Positions 20,470-30,290 of a stretch of DNA of 64,000 bases are shown here, piece by piece. Below the pieces are notes generated by a model, which saw only the letters and a list, made by a program, of their open reading frames with translations, made no database searches and was not told the DNA's origin. Location of the stretch: positions 960,001 through 1,024,000 of the forward strand of contig CAVWVI010000003.1 of the NCBI GenBank assembly GCA_963758495.1, in the 5' to 3' direction. How positions within the stretch are numbered: the stretch's first letter is position 1; the number at the start of each line of letters is the position of its first letter. Source of the stretch: Oligoflexia bacterium (GTDB taxonomy: Bacteria; Bdellovibrionota; UBA1018). A program made the translations under genes and the position numbers.

Positions 20470-21615
20470 ATTAAATATCACTCTATATTCTTCTGCCACT
20501 TGATCCCACGATCTTGCTTCTGCGATCTCTCTCGCCTTAAGCCCCATGCTTTTTAATTTTTCAGGATGATTGATCATTTGTTCTAAATAACCGGCAATTT
20601 CATCAGATGAAAATGGATCTTTAATAATTAGGCCCGATTCACCATTCTTAATCAACTCAGATGCCCCGGCACATTCGGATACAACTGGAGGCAAACCACA
20701 AGCCATCGCCTCAAGAATAACCAAGCCAAAAGGTTCATAAAGGGTAGGAAGTAGAAAGATATCTGAGGCTTGGTAATAAGGCAGAACGTCTCGGGTATGA
20801 CTCAATAATCTTACTTCAATAGGATTCTTTGACTTTTTTACACACTGATTAAAATAGTCAATATTTCCATTACCTACTGCTAGAAGAACTGCCTTCTTTT
20901 TCGTTAATTCGGTCAACCGAGACATCGTTTCAATCGCTACTTGCAAACCTTTACGCTCATAGGCTCCCACAAATAGGATCACAAATTCATCGGAACGGAT
21001 TTGAAGACTTTCCCTCAACTTCGATCGTTCATTGAGTTGGTTTGGAGCAGAGGGCCTGAAAACATGAGAATCAACCCCATGAGGGACAACATAAATAGGA
21101 TCCGTCAAACCAAAATTTATTTTTAGATCATGGGCACACCGCTGAGACAGAGTAATATAGACTTTATCTTGAGTATACAGTCTCTTCTCCATCCACTTAT
21201 CCATTGAGGTAGTTAAAAACTGATAAACTCGATGAAACACACTTCTATAAGGCTGGGGCTGAACACAAATCTTTAACCACTCCGCATGAATGAATTGAAC
21301 CTGTATCATCTGACTCACCCAAGAACAGGCACCCGTTGAGTGAATCATTCTGTTATCCGCATTCTTTCGACTCAGTTTGATATGAATATACGTATAAATA
21401 TAATAATAAATAGACTTAAGCAGGATGGGTCTTTTAATCCAGGGCTTAACCCGAATCCATTGGATCGATGCCCGACTGATCCCTTCCAATGAGTAAGCAT
21501 AAACTTTGACAGGAAACCACTGACTCATCCTTTGTACGATTTCAAGTACAGACTTATCTTGACCACCCCAAGGGTTCAAATCATGAATGAGGAATAATAA
21601 TTGATTTTTTTTCAT
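20446..21615 (-). CDS. Glycosyltransferase family 4
   Basis: GGQD, HGVD, RKGL, YEPFGLVILEAMACG. Confidence 0.9.
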   Translation of the reverse strand: MKKNQLLFLIHDLNPWGGQDKSVLEIVQRMSQWFPVKVYAYSLEGISRASIQWIRVKPWIKRPILLKSIYYYIYTYIHIKLSRKNADNRMIHSTGACSWVSQMIQVQFIHAEWLKICVQPQPYRSVFHRVYQFLTTSMDKWMEKRLYTQDKVYITLSQRCAHDLKINFGLTDPIYVVPHGVDSHVFRPSAPNQLNERSKLRESLQIRSDEFVILFVGAYERKGLQVAIETMSRLTELTKKKAVLLAVGNGNIDYFNQCVKKSKNPIEVRLLSHTRDVLPYYQASDIFLLPTLYEPFGLVILEAMACGLPPVVSECAGASELIKNGESGLIIKDPFSSDEIAGYLEQMINHPEKLKSMGLKAREIAEARSWDQVAEEYRVIFNSFFEGNI

Positions 21616-22819
21616 ATTCGAGAAGTATTCTATCGTAAAGTTGGATTATTTTTTTAATACAAACATCGACTGTAAAGTTTTCCATAAAAGCTTGATGAGC
21701 TGCCTTTGCAAGCTGCACTCTCAACAAATCATTTTCAATGAGTTTTTTTACTGCTTCGGTCATTTCTATCACATTTCCCGGTGAGTGAAGACATCCCGTC
21801 TTTCCTTCTTCAATTAACTCTAACACTCCCCCAGCAGCAGAGGCGACCACAGGCACACCACAAGCCATAGATTCTAAAACGACTCTGCCAAAAGGTTCAG
21901 GCCGAATAGAAGCATGCACCACTAGATCTAATCCATTGATCGCCTGGGGAATGTCTTTCTCAAACCCTGTGAAAAAAAAGTACGAACTTAAGCCTCGATT
22001 TTTTACTTCCTCTTGCAATAGTTGCTTATAATCTCGATCTCCTACTGTGTCATAAATCTGATCTCCAATCACGACAAACCGCGCGTTCGGACCCTGTGAG
22101 AGTAAAAGCTTTGCCATTTGAATAAACTCCAAATGACCTTTCCAACGAGCGAGAACACCCACTATACCGACAATCAACACTTTTGAATCCACCTCAAAGT
22201 GATTTCGATACCTGTTTTGTGGCATTGGAAAATAGACTTTCGAATCCAGACCGTTATAAATAATTTCAATTTCTGAGTTAGTCATTCCTTTATGGCTAAA
22301 AGCCTCTTTTGTCGCTCCAGAATTTGCGATGACAGAAACCTTACCGAACCGTCTTAATAATCGAAGAATATTAAGAACAAAGCCTTCCTTCAAAATATCA
22401 CGTAAATGCCAAATGACCTTTTTTCTATGTAATGGTCTTAATAACACGGCCATAATATGGCACTTGATTCCTGTCGTATGAAGAACTTCTACATCGCTAT
22501 CTCTTAAAGATTGAGTCAATTTAAAACAATAAACAAGCAAAGATGGGATAGAAATAACCGTTAGAATCAAAGATAAAAAAGGTGTTTCTCGGCTGATAGC
22601 CAAAAATAACTTTGGCATTATCAATGTACGATAATGAATTTTTTCTTTATCTAAAATGTCGACTAAAGGACCACTCTCTTTAGGCAATAATAGAAAGGGT
22701 TGATATTTGCCTTCAGAAAACTTTTCTAAATTGAGTACTAGCTCAAGCAGACTTTTTTCAGCCCCTCCGAGCTGGGTGGATATCGCATAGAAACAAATTA
22801 TTTTTTTATTTTTATTCAT
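21581..22819 (-). CDS. Glycosyltransferase family 4
   Basis: GGAEKSL, WHLRD, WKGH, EPFGRVVLESMACG; ATG at 22819 directly follows the asnB stop. Confidence 0.9.
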   Translation of the reverse strand: MNKNKKIICFYAISTQLGGAEKSLLELVLNLEKFSEGKYQPFLLLPKESGPLVDILDKEKIHYRTLIMPKLFLAISRETPFLSLILTVISIPSLLVYCFKLTQSLRDSDVEVLHTTGIKCHIMAVLLRPLHRKKVIWHLRDILKEGFVLNILRLLRRFGKVSVIANSGATKEAFSHKGMTNSEIEIIYNGLDSKVYFPMPQNRYRNHFEVDSKVLIVGIVGVLARWKGHLEFIQMAKLLLSQGPNARFVVIGDQIYDTVGDRDYKQLLQEEVKNRGLSSYFFFTGFEKDIPQAINGLDLVVHASIRPEPFGRVVLESMACGVPVVASAAGGVLELIEEGKTGCLHSPGNVIEMTEAVKKLIENDLLRVQLAKAAHQAFMENFTVDVCIKKIIQLYDRILLEYEKKSIIIPHS

Positions 22820-22821
22820 GG

Positions 22822-24732
22822 CTAATAGTTTTCTTTCCATAATTGAAAAGAAATTAACGACCATAGCAAATGTGAATGATTGCCATATCCTCCTACGTGT
22901 TGTTTAATCAGCTCTTGTACCTGCTTGGAATGAAAGATTCCTTCTTTCTTGAGCCGTGTTTCATTCAGGTATTCATCAAGCAAATACTTAAGTTCACCCC
23001 TCAACCAATCTCGCAGAGGCATGCTAAAACCCTGTTTTCTTCGGGCATGAATAGAAGAAGGAAATTGTTTTCTCAAAAGGGATCGTAAAATATATTTTTT
23101 GACTCCATTTTTGTATTTATAATGAAATGGCAACCGCCTAGAAAACTCAGCCATCTCATTGTCTAAAAACGGCACTCGCGCCTCCAGTCCAAATGCCATG
23201 CTTGCTCGATCTGTTTTGGCTAAGACCGTATCTACTAAAAACGTCCTCATAAAAATTTGGCTGATCTTATCTTCCCAAGACGCGCCACTCAGAGAATCGA
23301 GTAACTCGGTATACAATGGTGGATCGCTCTGGATGGGTTCAATGATAAGTGCCGCAACCTTATCCATTCGCATCGGACCAATCGTTCCAATAAAATATTG
23401 AAATAGTTCAGCCTCATTTTTATATTGAAAAATATCCGAAAACTTTATTAATCGCTGTAAAGTAAGCGAAGGAAACCCTCGATTGAGCAAACTCAAAAAG
23501 CGTCCAAAGCAGTCAAATACGGTTTTTCTCAGCTCTTTGGGAATCCTTCTCAATAGTCCCAATCGATACAAGATTTCTTGATAAGTATAACCAAAAAATA
23601 ATTCGTCACCCCCATCGCCTGAAAACCCAACTGTGACTTTCTTGCTAGAAAACTTCATTAAAAGTAACGTTGGGAGAACTGATGGATCTGCAAAAGGCTG
23701 GTCTAAATACTTTGGAAGATTTGGAATCAAATCAAAAAGATCACGCGGCTCTATAATCCACTCTTCATGATCAGCCCCTAGCATTGTAGCTACAAGCCTT
23801 GCATGCTCTGTTTCGTTGAATTCGGTTTCCTTATATCCAATTGAAAATGTCTGTATCTTGTTCTTAGCTATCGAAGCGTAGGTTGATGCCAGTAAAGTGG
23901 AATCAATGCCACCACTCAGAAAACAGCCAACAGGAACATCACTGATCAGTTGGCGCTTCATCACCCGAGCGAATGTCTGGTCGAGTTCTGTCATCCACTC
24001 TTCCTCAGACTTCACCTCTCCAGACTTTTCTCCAAAGTTTCCATAAATCAATTCTGAGGGACTCCAAAAAGTACCCTGTCTTAATTTTCCCTCTTCTACA
24101 CACAACCAAGTACCTCCTACAAGCTGTCGAATCCCTGTAAAAATGGAAGCAGGAGAAGGAATATGACTCAACTGAAGATACTGATACATAATCTGAGGGT
24201 CCACAGTCCGATCCACCCAATCCAAAAGTGCGAGAGGACGTAGGGTAGACGCAAACGCAAAACGTCCTGCACGATGAGTGAAGAAAAGTGGTTTTATTCC
24301 AAAACGATCCCTCACCAAATACAAAGCTGGACTTTTTTTTCTTTCATCCAGAATACCGAACGAAAATATTCCATTCAATAATTCAAATGATTGAGTTCCC
24401 CATTCTTCAAAAGCACTTAGAATGACTTCAGTATCTGAGTTTGTACGAAAGTGACGACCCCTGCTCATTAAGTTGGCGCGTATTTCACGAAAATTGTAAA
24501 TTTCGCCGTTGAAAACAATACTTAATTTCCTATCCTCACTCAACATGGGCTGGTTAGCCTGATCTGATAAATCAATAATCTTCAATCTTCGATGAGAAAG
24601 CCCATAATAAGCGCGGTGATAAATACCACTGGCATCTGGACCGCGAGCTGCCATAGCTTCTGCCATTTTATGAAGAATATCCTGCTCTAAATGCTCTGTT
24701 GGATTTAAGATAATTCCGCTAATTCCGCACAT
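22822..24732 (-). CDS. asnB: Asparagine synthase (glutamine-hydrolysing)-like amidotransferase of polysaccharide locus
   Basis: MCGISG N-terminus, RGPD, FNGEIYN, RDRFGIKPL, LSGGIDS, SGDGGDELF, EARVPFLD. Confidence 0.93.
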   Translation of the reverse strand: MCGISGIILNPTEHLEQDILHKMAEAMAARGPDASGIYHRAYYGLSHRRLKIIDLSDQANQPMLSEDRKLSIVFNGEIYNFREIRANLMSRGRHFRTNSDTEVILSAFEEWGTQSFELLNGIFSFGILDERKKSPALYLVRDRFGIKPLFFTHRAGRFAFASTLRPLALLDWVDRTVDPQIMYQYLQLSHIPSPASIFTGIRQLVGGTWLCVEEGKLRQGTFWSPSELIYGNFGEKSGEVKSEEEWMTELDQTFARVMKRQLISDVPVGCFLSGGIDSTLLASTYASIAKNKIQTFSIGYKETEFNETEHARLVATMLGADHEEWIIEPRDLFDLIPNLPKYLDQPFADPSVLPTLLLMKFSSKKVTVGFSGDGGDELFFGYTYQEILYRLGLLRRIPKELRKTVFDCFGRFLSLLNRGFPSLTLQRLIKFSDIFQYKNEAELFQYFIGTIGPMRMDKVAALIIEPIQSDPPLYTELLDSLSGASWEDKISQIFMRTFLVDTVLAKTDRASMAFGLEARVPFLDNEMAEFSRRLPFHYKYKNGVKKYILRSLLRKQFPSSIHARRKQGFSMPLRDWLRGELKYLLDEYLNETRLKKEGIFHSKQVQELIKQHVGGYGNHSHLLWSLISFQLWKENY

Positions 24733-25930
24733 GACTACGCATCTCCGCGATTACACTTGCAGCTATATGATCCCAAGTAAATTTTTCTATAATTCGGTTT
24801 CGAGCAGAAATACCAAACTGTCTCCTTGTGCTTTCACTATCCATGACTTGAATGATGACTTGAGAAAGCTCATGCTCGTCTTCTGGATTGACTAACCATC
24901 CTGTTTCTAGGTGACTTACCACTTCTGGCATCCCCCCACTTTTTCCAGCAATGGAAGGCTTCCCGCAAGCGGCTGCTTCGAGAAGAACTATTCCAAAACC
25001 CTCGAAATTTGGAGCCACTCTGTCGTGACGAGAATTTAATATAAAAACATCTGAAACGTTGTAAATATCATTTAAACTCTCATCGGTGACTTTTCCAAGA
25101 AATCCCACATGGTGATCTAGTCTATATTCCCGTCTCAACGTTTCTAAATGCTTACGGTCCGGGCCATCTCCACAAACAAGATAGTAAAATTCTGGACGTT
25201 CAATCATCACTTTTGAAAAGGCCTTGAGTACATAATCCACTCCTTTGTAATCTTCCAATCGTGATATTGTAAGAAAGACTACCTTTCCTTCCAAACCGTA
25301 CTTCTTTATAAAATGGGTAGATTTCTCTATTGGCTTAAAGACCGCTGGGTCCACCCCATTATAAATGACCTTGATTTTTTCACTTCCAATTTTACATTCC
25401 GACACTACTTGATCTGCTGTAAATTGACTTACTGAAAAAACTCTTTTAGAACCGCGAATCACCCGATTTTTAATCCACCGCAGTTTCATTCGAATCCACT
25501 TTTTAAGTGTTCGACTAGACTCACAGATCTCAACTCCATGGACCACTGTAAAATAGGGAATATTGTAATACCGAAGGACCGGACTCACGAACCATGATGC
25601 GACACCACAGGGTAACCAAAGTGAATTTAAGATGACATGAGGTCGACACTTCCTTACCTCCAAAAACAAATACCAAGTCATTACAAAAATGCTGATGAAA
25701 TTATTCATGGGTATTTTGATACGACGAGTATTAAAATATCCATGGGAATCAAAAAGAGCATCATCCTTCATATTTTCGGATCGAGGAGCGAGAAGACGAC
25801 CTTCGATATCTGGAAGTTTACAAACCGCTTTTGCCAATTCAAATGTAGCTGAAGACACCCCGCCCACATTGGGTCGATAATCAAAGGCTAAAATGAGAAG
25901 TTTAATAGGTTGAGTTGAATGTACAGTCAT
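24719..25930 (-). CDS. Glycosyltransferase family 4
   Basis: PNVGGV, VHGVE, SRLEDYKG, EGFGIVLLEAAACG. Confidence 0.9.
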   Translation of the reverse strand: MTVHSTQPIKLLILAFDYRPNVGGVSSATFELAKAVCKLPDIEGRLLAPRSENMKDDALFDSHGYFNTRRIKIPMNNFISIFVMTWYLFLEVRKCRPHVILNSLWLPCGVASWFVSPVLRYYNIPYFTVVHGVEICESSRTLKKWIRMKLRWIKNRVIRGSKRVFSVSQFTADQVVSECKIGSEKIKVIYNGVDPAVFKPIEKSTHFIKKYGLEGKVVFLTISRLEDYKGVDYVLKAFSKVMIERPEFYYLVCGDGPDRKHLETLRREYRLDHHVGFLGKVTDESLNDIYNVSDVFILNSRHDRVAPNFEGFGIVLLEAAACGKPSIAGKSGGMPEVVSHLETGWLVNPEDEHELSQVIIQVMDSESTRRQFGISARNRIIEKFTWDHIAASVIAEMRSHVRN

Positions 25931-26465
25931 GACTTGACTCTCTTTTCAAATCTATTTCTTCTCTTATTTTTACGTAGTTTTCATGGACTATCTTTGCGGC
26001 TTGCACTGGGTCCTTCGGAATTTCCTGAATCCGAAGTTTCGGCACATTCCATCTCAAAATTAAATACCTTTCCCATTCTGGATTTAAAATAAGAAATTTT
26101 TTACTACTTTTAAACCATTGAACTTCATCCCAGGGAGGCCATTTAGCAAATTTAACCCCACGCACACCCCTTATGATCATTTGCCCTATCTTATCTATAT
26201 ACGAATATTGAGGAGGACTGATCTCAGCAAGTGCTGGTGTAACTACTAGAGCCTGTTGTTCCAACGAAATAAAGGGCCATCCTTCAGTATCTGTATGAGA
26301 AAAAACATGAACGAGATCATATTCTTTAATTTTATGCTGATCTGACTCAAAGAAAACAATTTCATGCCCAAATCGAGCCAATTCTACGGCAAGAAGACGC
26401 ACCCAGGAATTCCGAGTTCTTTCATGTTCTAGAAATTCCCAATGACCAAAAAAAAGAATCCTCAT
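25902..26465 (-). CDS. GT4 N-terminal-domain-only protein
   Basis: MRILF..., GHEIVFF, YDLVHVFS, LVVTP align by eye to the N-domain of the neighbouring GT4; no EX7E motif. Confidence 0.6.
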   Translation of the reverse strand: MRILFFGHWEFLEHERTRNSWVRLLAVELARFGHEIVFFESDQHKIKEYDLVHVFSHTDTEGWPFISLEQQALVVTPALAEISPPQYSYIDKIGQMIIRGVRGVKFAKWPPWDEVQWFKSSKKFLILNPEWERYLILRWNVPKLRIQEIPKDPVQAAKIVHENYVKIREEIDLKRESSHDCTFNSTY

Positions 26466-26495
26466 GCTCAATGACAATGATAACATAAATTAAAA

Positions 26496-27560
26496 ATGAA
26501 CATTCTTTTCTCGACTTATTCATTAGCCTATCAAAATCCAGGAGGTGGGGAACGGGTTCTTAACGCCTTGCAGCTAGCCCTGACTCAAATGGGTCATTCA
26601 GTTACCCTTTTCAACCCCTGGAAAACCAGCAGTAGAGACCTTGAGCAATTTGATATGATTCACTATTTTTCGTGCATTGAGACTTCATTTTGGAGATTTT
26701 CAAAATCTCACGCACCTCAAGTTCCTCTTGTAGTGACTCCGACATACAATCCAGAAGCGTCTGTACTACGGAAGGTAGACTTATGGAGACAAAGATTTAT
26801 TCAAAGAAGATCGAGAAAAGGCTACCTATTTGATGTTCCCGATTATTGGTTACCCAACACGCAGAAAGAAGCTGAAGGCCTAATCAATAATTTAAATATC
26901 CAGACCAGTAAAATACAAGTGTTGCCTAATGGCATTGAAAGCCAGTTTTTAAATCCGGACCCTTCACTTTTTTTATCTGAGATGAAAATTACCTCACCTT
27001 TTGTATTACATGTTGGACGCTTCCATCCTGTAAAAAATCATTTAAATCTTATTGAAGCAGTTAAAAGAGCCCGATTACAGGCTGTTTTTATTGGAAATCC
27101 TGATATTGGACATGAAAATTATTACAACAAATGCGTAGAGGCGGCAAAAAATGCCGAGAGATCAGACCCTACTGGCACTATTCGTATCTTATTTATCAAT
27201 CAACTACCGCACAATGATCCACTGCTTTCTTCAGCCTTTGCAGCAGCCCAGATATTTGCTCTACCCAGCCATTTTGAAACCTTTGGAATTAGCGCACTCG
27301 AAGCGGCGGTAGCTGGAAATGAGCTCATTCTAACAAAAAATATTGCTAGCCATGACCTTTTTAAGGATTTTGCTTATTTCGTAGATCCTAAAAATCCCCA
27401 AGAGATCAGTCACGCCTTAATCAAAGCATTTGAGAAAGTAAAAAGTACTCCCCGTACCTCATCTCACGCTAATGCTCGCGCTCTAAGCCTATTTCAGCAC
27501 TATAACTGGAAGACCATCTGTGAAAAATTGATCACTATTTATAAAAATATACACTCATAA
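26496..27560 (+). CDS. Glycosyltransferase family 4
   Basis: PGGGE, VGRFHPVKNH, ETFGISALEAA. Confidence 0.9.
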   Translation: MNILFSTYSLAYQNPGGGERVLNALQLALTQMGHSVTLFNPWKTSSRDLEQFDMIHYFSCIETSFWRFSKSHAPQVPLVVTPTYNPEASVLRKVDLWRQRFIQRRSRKGYLFDVPDYWLPNTQKEAEGLINNLNIQTSKIQVLPNGIESQFLNPDPSLFLSEMKITSPFVLHVGRFHPVKNHLNLIEAVKRARLQAVFIGNPDIGHENYYNKCVEAAKNAERSDPTGTIRILFINQLPHNDPLLSSAFAAAQIFALPSHFETFGISALEAAVAGNELILTKNIASHDLFKDFAYFVDPKNPQEISHALIKAFEKVKSTPRTSSHANARALSLFQHYNWKTICEKLITIYKNIHS

Positions 27561-27674
27561 GCCATCTAATTTACTTCATCATTCATTTTTTAATGGTATG
27601 TCAAAATACCGTCGATATAATTAAGACTCATTCCAGCTGTACTGCCTTATCAAGTATGTCATGATAGAAATGAC

Positions 27675-29192
27675 GTGCGTACCATTCGAGCCTTCGATAA
27701 CTATATCACAGCAATAGCAACTTCCATTGCAGGTACCCTGATCACCGTATTAGCAACCCCTTTTATATTACGTTGGATCGGGGCAGAGCGCTTTGGTCTT
27801 TATCGAATTACAATAGACTGGCTAGGTTACTTAACATTAATAGATATTGGATTAGGTGACGCCCTGATTCCTATTTTATCTACTTTCGTAGGAAAACATG
27901 ATTCTACTAATATTAGGGCAGCTCTCATTACAGGGATCCGAGCCTTCTGTTTGTCCCAACCTATTAAATTAATTATTGGCATGGGTATGATTTTTCTAAT
28001 TGTGAATTATATTCCACATAAGATTGAATATAATTCTGATTTAAAAATAGCCTGCTTAATTGGTGTATTTTCCTCATTCTTTTCTCCACTCTATCCAGTT
28101 CGAACACTCATTGAAGTGAAGCAAATGGGATATCGAATCAACCAATATTTGGTGGCAAGAACCGTACTCACTACTTGCTGTGCACTTCTTTTTGCCTGGT
28201 TAAAGTTTGGAATCGCCGGTCAGTTCTTCGCACTTTTTTTGGGTGAAGTTCTATTCTCTACCTGTCTTTGTATTTATAGCTTCTTGAATCTCCCTGGAAT
28301 CTGGCATCAAATCCTACATACTCCGGCCAACCGAGAAATCTGGCATTCACTTTGGAAACTCAATAAAACCGTATTCTTGTCCAATATCTGTGGAAGACTT
28401 TGTTATCTGTCAGACAGTATTATTATTTCGTTTGTTTTATCACCTTCGTATGTGACTTCATTTTTCATGACACAAAGACTGATCAGCTTTGCATGTTTAC
28501 ATCTTTATGGCATTGGAACCTCAACCTGGGCAGCACTCATCGACCTTCATACAAAAGGTGAACATGACTTATTTCAAAAACGGTTCTTAGAGCTGAATCA
28601 ACTCATTACTGTTATAAGCATGATTACTTTGGGCCCCATTGCGGCTTATAATCATCATTTTATAAGGCTTTGGCTGGGTAATACTTTTTACGCTGGAGAA
28701 ACTCTAACCTGGGTGGCCTCCATCAATGCACTATTTTTACCTTTGATCGCATTTTGGGGCTGGATTTTCTCAGCGTCTGGAAAATTATCAGTCATATTAC
28801 CTCAATACATTTTATACACTGGGGTAAATCTAGTCATGAGCGTTCTATTCACTTATTGGATTGGTACCCCTGGCCCAGCAGTGGGTACATTGATAGCCAT
28901 ATTTTTAGTTACATTTTGGGCGACTCCATGGTTCCTTAAAAATCATTTTGGAATATCAACAATTAAGCTTTACAGTGGAATTTTTAAACCCATAGCAATT
29001 TTGCTACCCTTTATATTAATTACTTGGAAAATATCCAAAATGCAGCAGTCATTAGGATGGGTTGAACTGATGACAGAACTCGTATTCTCCATGCTTTTAC
29101 TAACAACACTATCATGGATTCTTATCATTACTCCCCATGAACGATCACTCTGGAAACACCGATTGGAGCTTCGATTGGGAATTAAACTGTGA
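27675..29192 (+). CDS. wzx: Wzx-type flippase (polysaccharide biosynthesis protein)
   Basis: TPFILRWIGAERFGLY, DIGL, 12-14 hydrophobic segments, locus context. Confidence 0.8.
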   Translation: MRTIRAFDNYITAIATSIAGTLITVLATPFILRWIGAERFGLYRITIDWLGYLTLIDIGLGDALIPILSTFVGKHDSTNIRAALITGIRAFCLSQPIKLIIGMGMIFLIVNYIPHKIEYNSDLKIACLIGVFSSFFSPLYPVRTLIEVKQMGYRINQYLVARTVLTTCCALLFAWLKFGIAGQFFALFLGEVLFSTCLCIYSFLNLPGIWHQILHTPANREIWHSLWKLNKTVFLSNICGRLCYLSDSIIISFVLSPSYVTSFFMTQRLISFACLHLYGIGTSTWAALIDLHTKGEHDLFQKRFLELNQLITVISMITLGPIAAYNHHFIRLWLGNTFYAGETLTWVASINALFLPLIAFWGWIFSASGKLSVILPQYILYTGVNLVMSVLFTYWIGTPGPAVGTLIAIFLVTFWATPWFLKNHFGISTIKLYSGIFKPIAILLPFILITWKISKMQQSLGWVELMTELVFSMLLLTTLSWILIITPHERSLWKHRLELRLGIKL

Positions 29193-30274
29193 ATCAGAAC
29201 AAAGTGACTCCCTACATTCCGACACTAGACGGTTGGAGAGGTATCGCGATTTTGTGCGTCATTGCTTGTCATAGCACTGGATTCCTTTTCAGCCCTACCG
29301 AATCGCACGTAAGCATCATTCATCAAATTCTTTTGAAAGGGAGTTTAGGGGTAGACATTTTTTTTGGTATCAGTGGCTTTCTGATTTGTACTCGGATATT
29401 AGACAATGAAACTATAGACGGCAGCATTCATATCGGAACTTTTTACCTTCGAAGGATATCTCGTATTTTTCCGGCTTATTTCGCTTATTTGAGTGTCTTA
29501 GCAATTATGACCGTCTACCACTGGCTTCCCGTCCTACCTAAAGCACTCCTGAGCTGTGCCTTTTTTCTCCAAAATTATAACCTCACTGAAAAGGAAGTGA
29601 GTTGGTTTATCGGCCACTTTTGGACTTTGGCAGTAGAGGAACATTTTTATCTCATTTTTCCCAGTGCTTTGATTCTAATGGGTATTAATAACAAAAGACG
29701 AATAGGGGCGCTATTCATCTGTGCACTGACAATCTCCCTTTGGAGAGTATTCGAATTTAGATTTCAACTCTTGGAAAGACTCCTTCCAAATATTGGATTT
29801 TTTGGTCGTACAGACATTCGTCTGGATGGTTTAATATTGGGTGCCCTTGCAGCAATCAGCTTAAAAACACCTGTTTATTTTAACAAACTTAGAACTTTCC
29901 TATACCCCTGGTGGTCTAGAGTATTAGTATTTCTATTCTTTATTCTTTTCTCGGCTATCAACTTCCCATTGGCGATGTTGTGGAGGTCTATCTTAATTCC
30001 TTCTATGTTACTTGCAACAATTCTGAATCCAGCAAGTCTTTTCAGTAAATTTTTGGAGACATCGGCCCTACGATGGGTCGGACGCCTCTCCTACAGTTTA
30101 TACATCTGGAATAATTTCTTTCTGGTCCCCACTCAGGTAAGCCATATTCCTCATTACGAATCTATTCAATATCCACCCCTGAATTACGTAGCTTTATTTT
30201 TAGTTTCTATCGCGAGTTACTATTTAATTGAACGACCCATCATGCAACTAGGACATAGAATTTCTGGAGGTTAA
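29189..30274 (+). CDS. Acyltransferase 3 (OafA-like O-acyltransferase)
   Basis: LDGWRGIA, GVDIFFGISGFLI, FYLRR..RIFP, HFWTLAVEEHFY, SYSLYIW. Confidence 0.9.
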   Translation: MNQNKVTPYIPTLDGWRGIAILCVIACHSTGFLFSPTESHVSIIHQILLKGSLGVDIFFGISGFLICTRILDNETIDGSIHIGTFYLRRISRIFPAYFAYLSVLAIMTVYHWLPVLPKALLSCAFFLQNYNLTEKEVSWFIGHFWTLAVEEHFYLIFPSALILMGINNKRRIGALFICALTISLWRVFEFRFQLLERLLPNIGFFGRTDIRLDGLILGALAAISLKTPVYFNKLRTFLYPWWSRVLVFLFFILFSAINFPLAMLWRSILIPSMLLATILNPASLFSKFLETSALRWVGRLSYSLYIWNNFFLVPTQVSHIPHYESIQYPPLNYVALFLVSIASYYLIERPIMQLGHRISGG

Positions 30275-30290
30275 AGGTTAAAATTTATAT

